Positions 60,579 through 64,000 of a stretch of DNA of 64,000 nucleotides are shown here, piece after piece. Below the pieces are notes generated by a model. The model was not told where the DNA came from. It saw only the letters and a list, made by a program, of their open reading frames with translations, and did not search any database. Each line of letters opens with the position of its first letter. The first letter of the stretch is position 1. The position numbers and the translations under genes were made by a program. Origin of the DNA: Malacoraja senta (taxonomy: Eukaryota); assembly GCA_038087875.1 (NCBI GenBank), contig JAXLNO010002697.1:62001-126000 (forward strand). Reading direction: 5' to 3'.

Positions 60579-62309
60579 GTTTAACAGCCGCCCACAGCAC
60601 TATTTAACCAGGAGAGTAAATGCAGCAACAGTAACTTAATCTCTTGTACTTTTTTAACAGAACTCTGCTGTGAAGCTAATTATTGGTCCATGTGTACACA
60701 AACCTGATAACAATGGGAATGAGACCACTTGTTCTGGTCACTAATTACCAGTGAATACAGTTTAAGGATCAGGTTTTATGGTAGGGATTATATTGGTGTT
60801 TTAAGGACAACAATTACAAAATCATATTTCACATAGCATCTTACAACCGAATAGATGTTTCTCAAAGTATAACTATTTTACAATTCAGAATGCAGTCAAT
60901 TCCACAAACTGCAGTTTTAGATAAACCAGATAGTCTACTTTACTGTGTAGGAAGGAACTGCAGATGCTTGTTTTACTGTAGGCAGATGCAAAAAGCTGGA
61001 GTAACTCAGCGGGTCAGGCAGCATTTCTGGGGGAAAGGAGTAGGTGACATTTCGGGAAGGGTCTCGACACAAATCGTCACCTTTTCCTTTTTCCCAGAAG
61101 TGCTGCCTGACCTGCTGAGTTACTCCATCTTTTTAGAAGCATAGAAAATAGGTGCAGGAGGAGGCCATTCAGCCCTTGGAGCCAGCACCGCCATTCATGG
61201 TGATCATGGCTGATCGTCCCCAATGAATGCCTGCCTTCTCCCCATATCCCTTGATTCCACCAGCCCCTAGAGCTCCATCTAACATTTTTGTGTCTGTCTT
61301 TAGTCCACTTTACTGTTATTGCTTAAGTAATAAAAATTGGACAATGCATGTGTAATAATTTCCCAGCCCTTATTTGAGGTAATACCATGCGTCTTTTTTT
61401 TCAGCTGGGAGGAGAGACATGAGCTCAGTTTAAAGTTGTGTCTAGGTGTAAACGTGCAGCACAGTCTCAACATCAGTGCAGAAATCTCTCATTGAGCCTT
61501 CTATTAATACATGGCCCTTTACACCATGTCCCACTCACCTGAAAACTATGCTCTCCATTACTTTCCACCCTGTGGAAAAGTTTCTGACTCTCTATCCCAT
61601 CTATGCCTCTCATAGTTTTATATACTTTTATCAACCTCCAGCATTCTAGCGATTACAATCTAAGTCTGTCCAACCTCTCCTTCTAGCTAATATCTAATCT
61701 GTGCATCATTCTGGCAAACCACCTCTGCACTAATTCCATGCTTCCAAATTCATCCTGCATTGGGGCAACTAGAAATGCCGATAATATTCTAAAAGTCGCC
61801 TATCTGAAGTTCTATTCTCCGACCAGTCTGACTGCCCCCCTGATTAAAAATTATCTGTCTGCTTCGTTCACACCCTCTCCTAGCTAACAATGATCTATTC
61901 TACATTTTCCTTGAACTACATCTCCTTTGATGTCATTCTTTCATACCTTACACTTCCTTATCTCCATGTCTCCTTTTCCTCTTCAGCCTGAAGGGACTCA
62001 ACCAGAAATGTCACCCATTCCTTCTATCCAGAGATGCTGCCTGTCCCGCTGAGTTACTCCAGCATTTTGTGTCTATCTTTGAAGTTCCATAAAGCAGCAT
62101 ATGACTTCCTGACTCTTATACTCAATGCTATGAATAGTGGCTTCTTTACCACTCTGGCTTTCAATTGATTGAAGGCGGAAAGGACCCAAACAATTATACA
62201 GCAAAAATCTTAGTGGTGGGACTGGAACAGAATTTTTTTTTTAAAGCAATAAAATCAAGGATATTGTTCATAAAAAAGTAAAATATTTATTGTCCCGGTA
62301 TGGCAGGAC

Positions 62310-62758
62310 AAACATGTGATGAAAGAATGGACTGACTGGGCTTATATTCATTGGAATTTAGGATGACATGGGATCTTATTAATTCCTTAGGGACATAAAA
62401 TTCCTTAGGGATTGGACAGTTAGATGCAGGAAAAAATTTCCCGATATTGGGGGAGTCCAGAACCAGGGGTCACAGTTTACGAATAAAGGGTAGGCCATTT
62501 AGGACTGAGATGAGGAAAAACATTTTCTCCCAGAAAGTTGTGAATCTGTGGAATTCTCTGCCACAGAAGGCAGTGGAGGCAATTCACTGGATGTATTCAA
62601 GGGAGAGTTAGATCTTAGTGCTACAGAATCAAGGGATATGGGGAGAAAGCAGGAACAGGGTACTGATTCTGGATGCTCAGCCATGATCATATTGAATGAC
62701 GGTGCTGGCTTAAAGGGCCTAATGACCTACTCCTGCACCTGCTTTCTATGTTTCTAAT
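62310..62758 (+). mobile_element. CR1 3' fragment
   Basis: Typical CR1 3' coding end, 3' UTR and tail. Confidence 0.85.
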
Positions 62759-63563
62759 CAGTGCTGCAGATGGATTGTTAAACGTTCATTATTTTCAAAG
62801 TTCTGCCCCAGTGACTAAAATGCAACAGGTTGTTCATGCCGAGGAATTTGAAGTTCTTCACCATTCCCACTTCAGCACTCGCACTTCTACACTATTGATT
62901 CTGACTTCAATGTGTCAATGATTCTTTATTGTCACTTGTGCACTGCACAGTGAAATTCTTGCTCCCGTCGCCATAATTTGGCAGTATTTACAAAAGAAAA
63001 AGAAAAAGTCCAATGTCCGGTCTGTATGTTGGATTTACTGGAGACCCCCGATCCAGGTTAGCTCATTGCCAGGGGGGCCACCTCCGTCACCCTCGACCAG
63101 CTCGGCCCGCCAACTGACGTCCCTCTCGTCGCCCAACTGGCTCTGTGTCCCGGGAGGCAACCCCTATCCTGGAGGTAATACCTCAGTCCCTCTCTTAGCG
63201 GCCCACTCCTTGCGTCCGTCGGCGGCAGCGGTTCCCTCCTCCACGACTCTCCGGGTTTCGGGGCCAAGCTCAGCAGCTTCCACCGGGTTGCTCTTCACAC
63301 CGGCGAACCAAACCTGCCGCCACATATGGCTGCAGGCGACCGGCCGAGTCCATCTTCGTTCTCGGCGGCCGCCTGGTCGATTCGTGTTGGGTTCCGTGGG
63401 GCGATCCGTGGTCATTTTCTTCTGCCGCTGCGGTGCATCCCAGAAGCTTATGGCTTGTACACCATCTTCCTTCCAGCAGTCGATAACTAGCTCCTTCAAA
63501 TTCACCTTGCTGACATTGAGGGAGAGATTGGAGATTCTGCAATAGAATAGTGAACATATTTAG

Positions 63564-63872
63564 GGGTGGCACAATGGCGCAGCGGTGGAGCTGCTGTCTT
63601 ACAGCGCCAGAGACCCGGGTTCGATCCTGACAACGGGTGCTGTCAGTAAGGTGTTTGTACGTTCTCCCCGTGATCACATGGGATTTCTCCGGGAGCTCTG
63701 ATTTCCTCCCACACTCCAAAGACATACAGGTTTGTAAGTTATTGTCCTTCGGTAAAAACAATGGTAAATTGTCTCACCTGTGTCGGATGGTGCTGGTTTA
63801 TGGGGATCGCTGGTCGGCGCGGACTCAGTAGGATGAAGGGACTATTTCAGCGCTGTATCTCTAAAACTAAAC
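63564..63872 (+). mobile_element. V-SINE, full length
   Basis: TGGCGCAGCGG A-box, GGTTCGATCC B-box, (CTAAA)n tail. Confidence 0.9.
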
Positions 63873-64000
63873 AAAATGGTCTGATTTTCTTTTTTGTGTT
63901 TTTGGAAGGAATTCTGTCCCTGATTTGTGTATTGGCCTTTATAACTTATTTTTTTAATTCTGATTATATGTTAACCATAAATCTCTGTAAGGTGTCCTTG

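Noticed and set aside
60579-60900. Class I promoter (S-X-Y, ISRE, kappaB, TATA)
   Set aside because: Only isolated CCAAT and TTAAATA words; no convincing module, and the TATA-like word is too close to the ATG.
62990-63545. CpG island or upstream gene at the GC-rich ORFs
   Set aside because: The region adjoins an L2 RT fragment and resembles the GC-rich repeats; the ORFs have no recognisable domain.

Overview
Vertebrate genomic DNA; the repeat content (HE1/V-SINE-like SINEs, CR1/HER1-like LINEs, Penelope-derived repeats) suggests a cartilaginous fish, probably a skate or ray (inference). Most of the window is transposon-derived: BEL/Pao and Gypsy remnants, a Buster-type hAT, a Tc1, Helitron-like and MITE-like elements, RTE, L2, Vingi-like and CR1 LINEs, and one young L1 with an intact 1266-codon ORF2. 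There is a 151-N assembly gap. I could reconstruct one host gene: a five-exon MHC class I-like gene on the minus strand (leader 60527-60578, alpha1 52182-52442, alpha2 49117-49398, alpha3 47636-47911, TM/cytoplasmic 44389-44618). All its introns are phase-1 GT-AG. It is non-classical, has several CD1-like substitutions, and carries an in-frame TAG in the alpha3 GFYP motif. The second main signal is a family of Penelope-derived repeats carrying a minimal hammerhead ribozyme core (CTGAAGA-A-stem II-GAAACGTC). About 19 intact or decayed copies are present, and two lie in sense orientation in intron 1 of the class I gene. Coordinates of degenerate repeats are approximate and family names come from motif recognition, not database searches.
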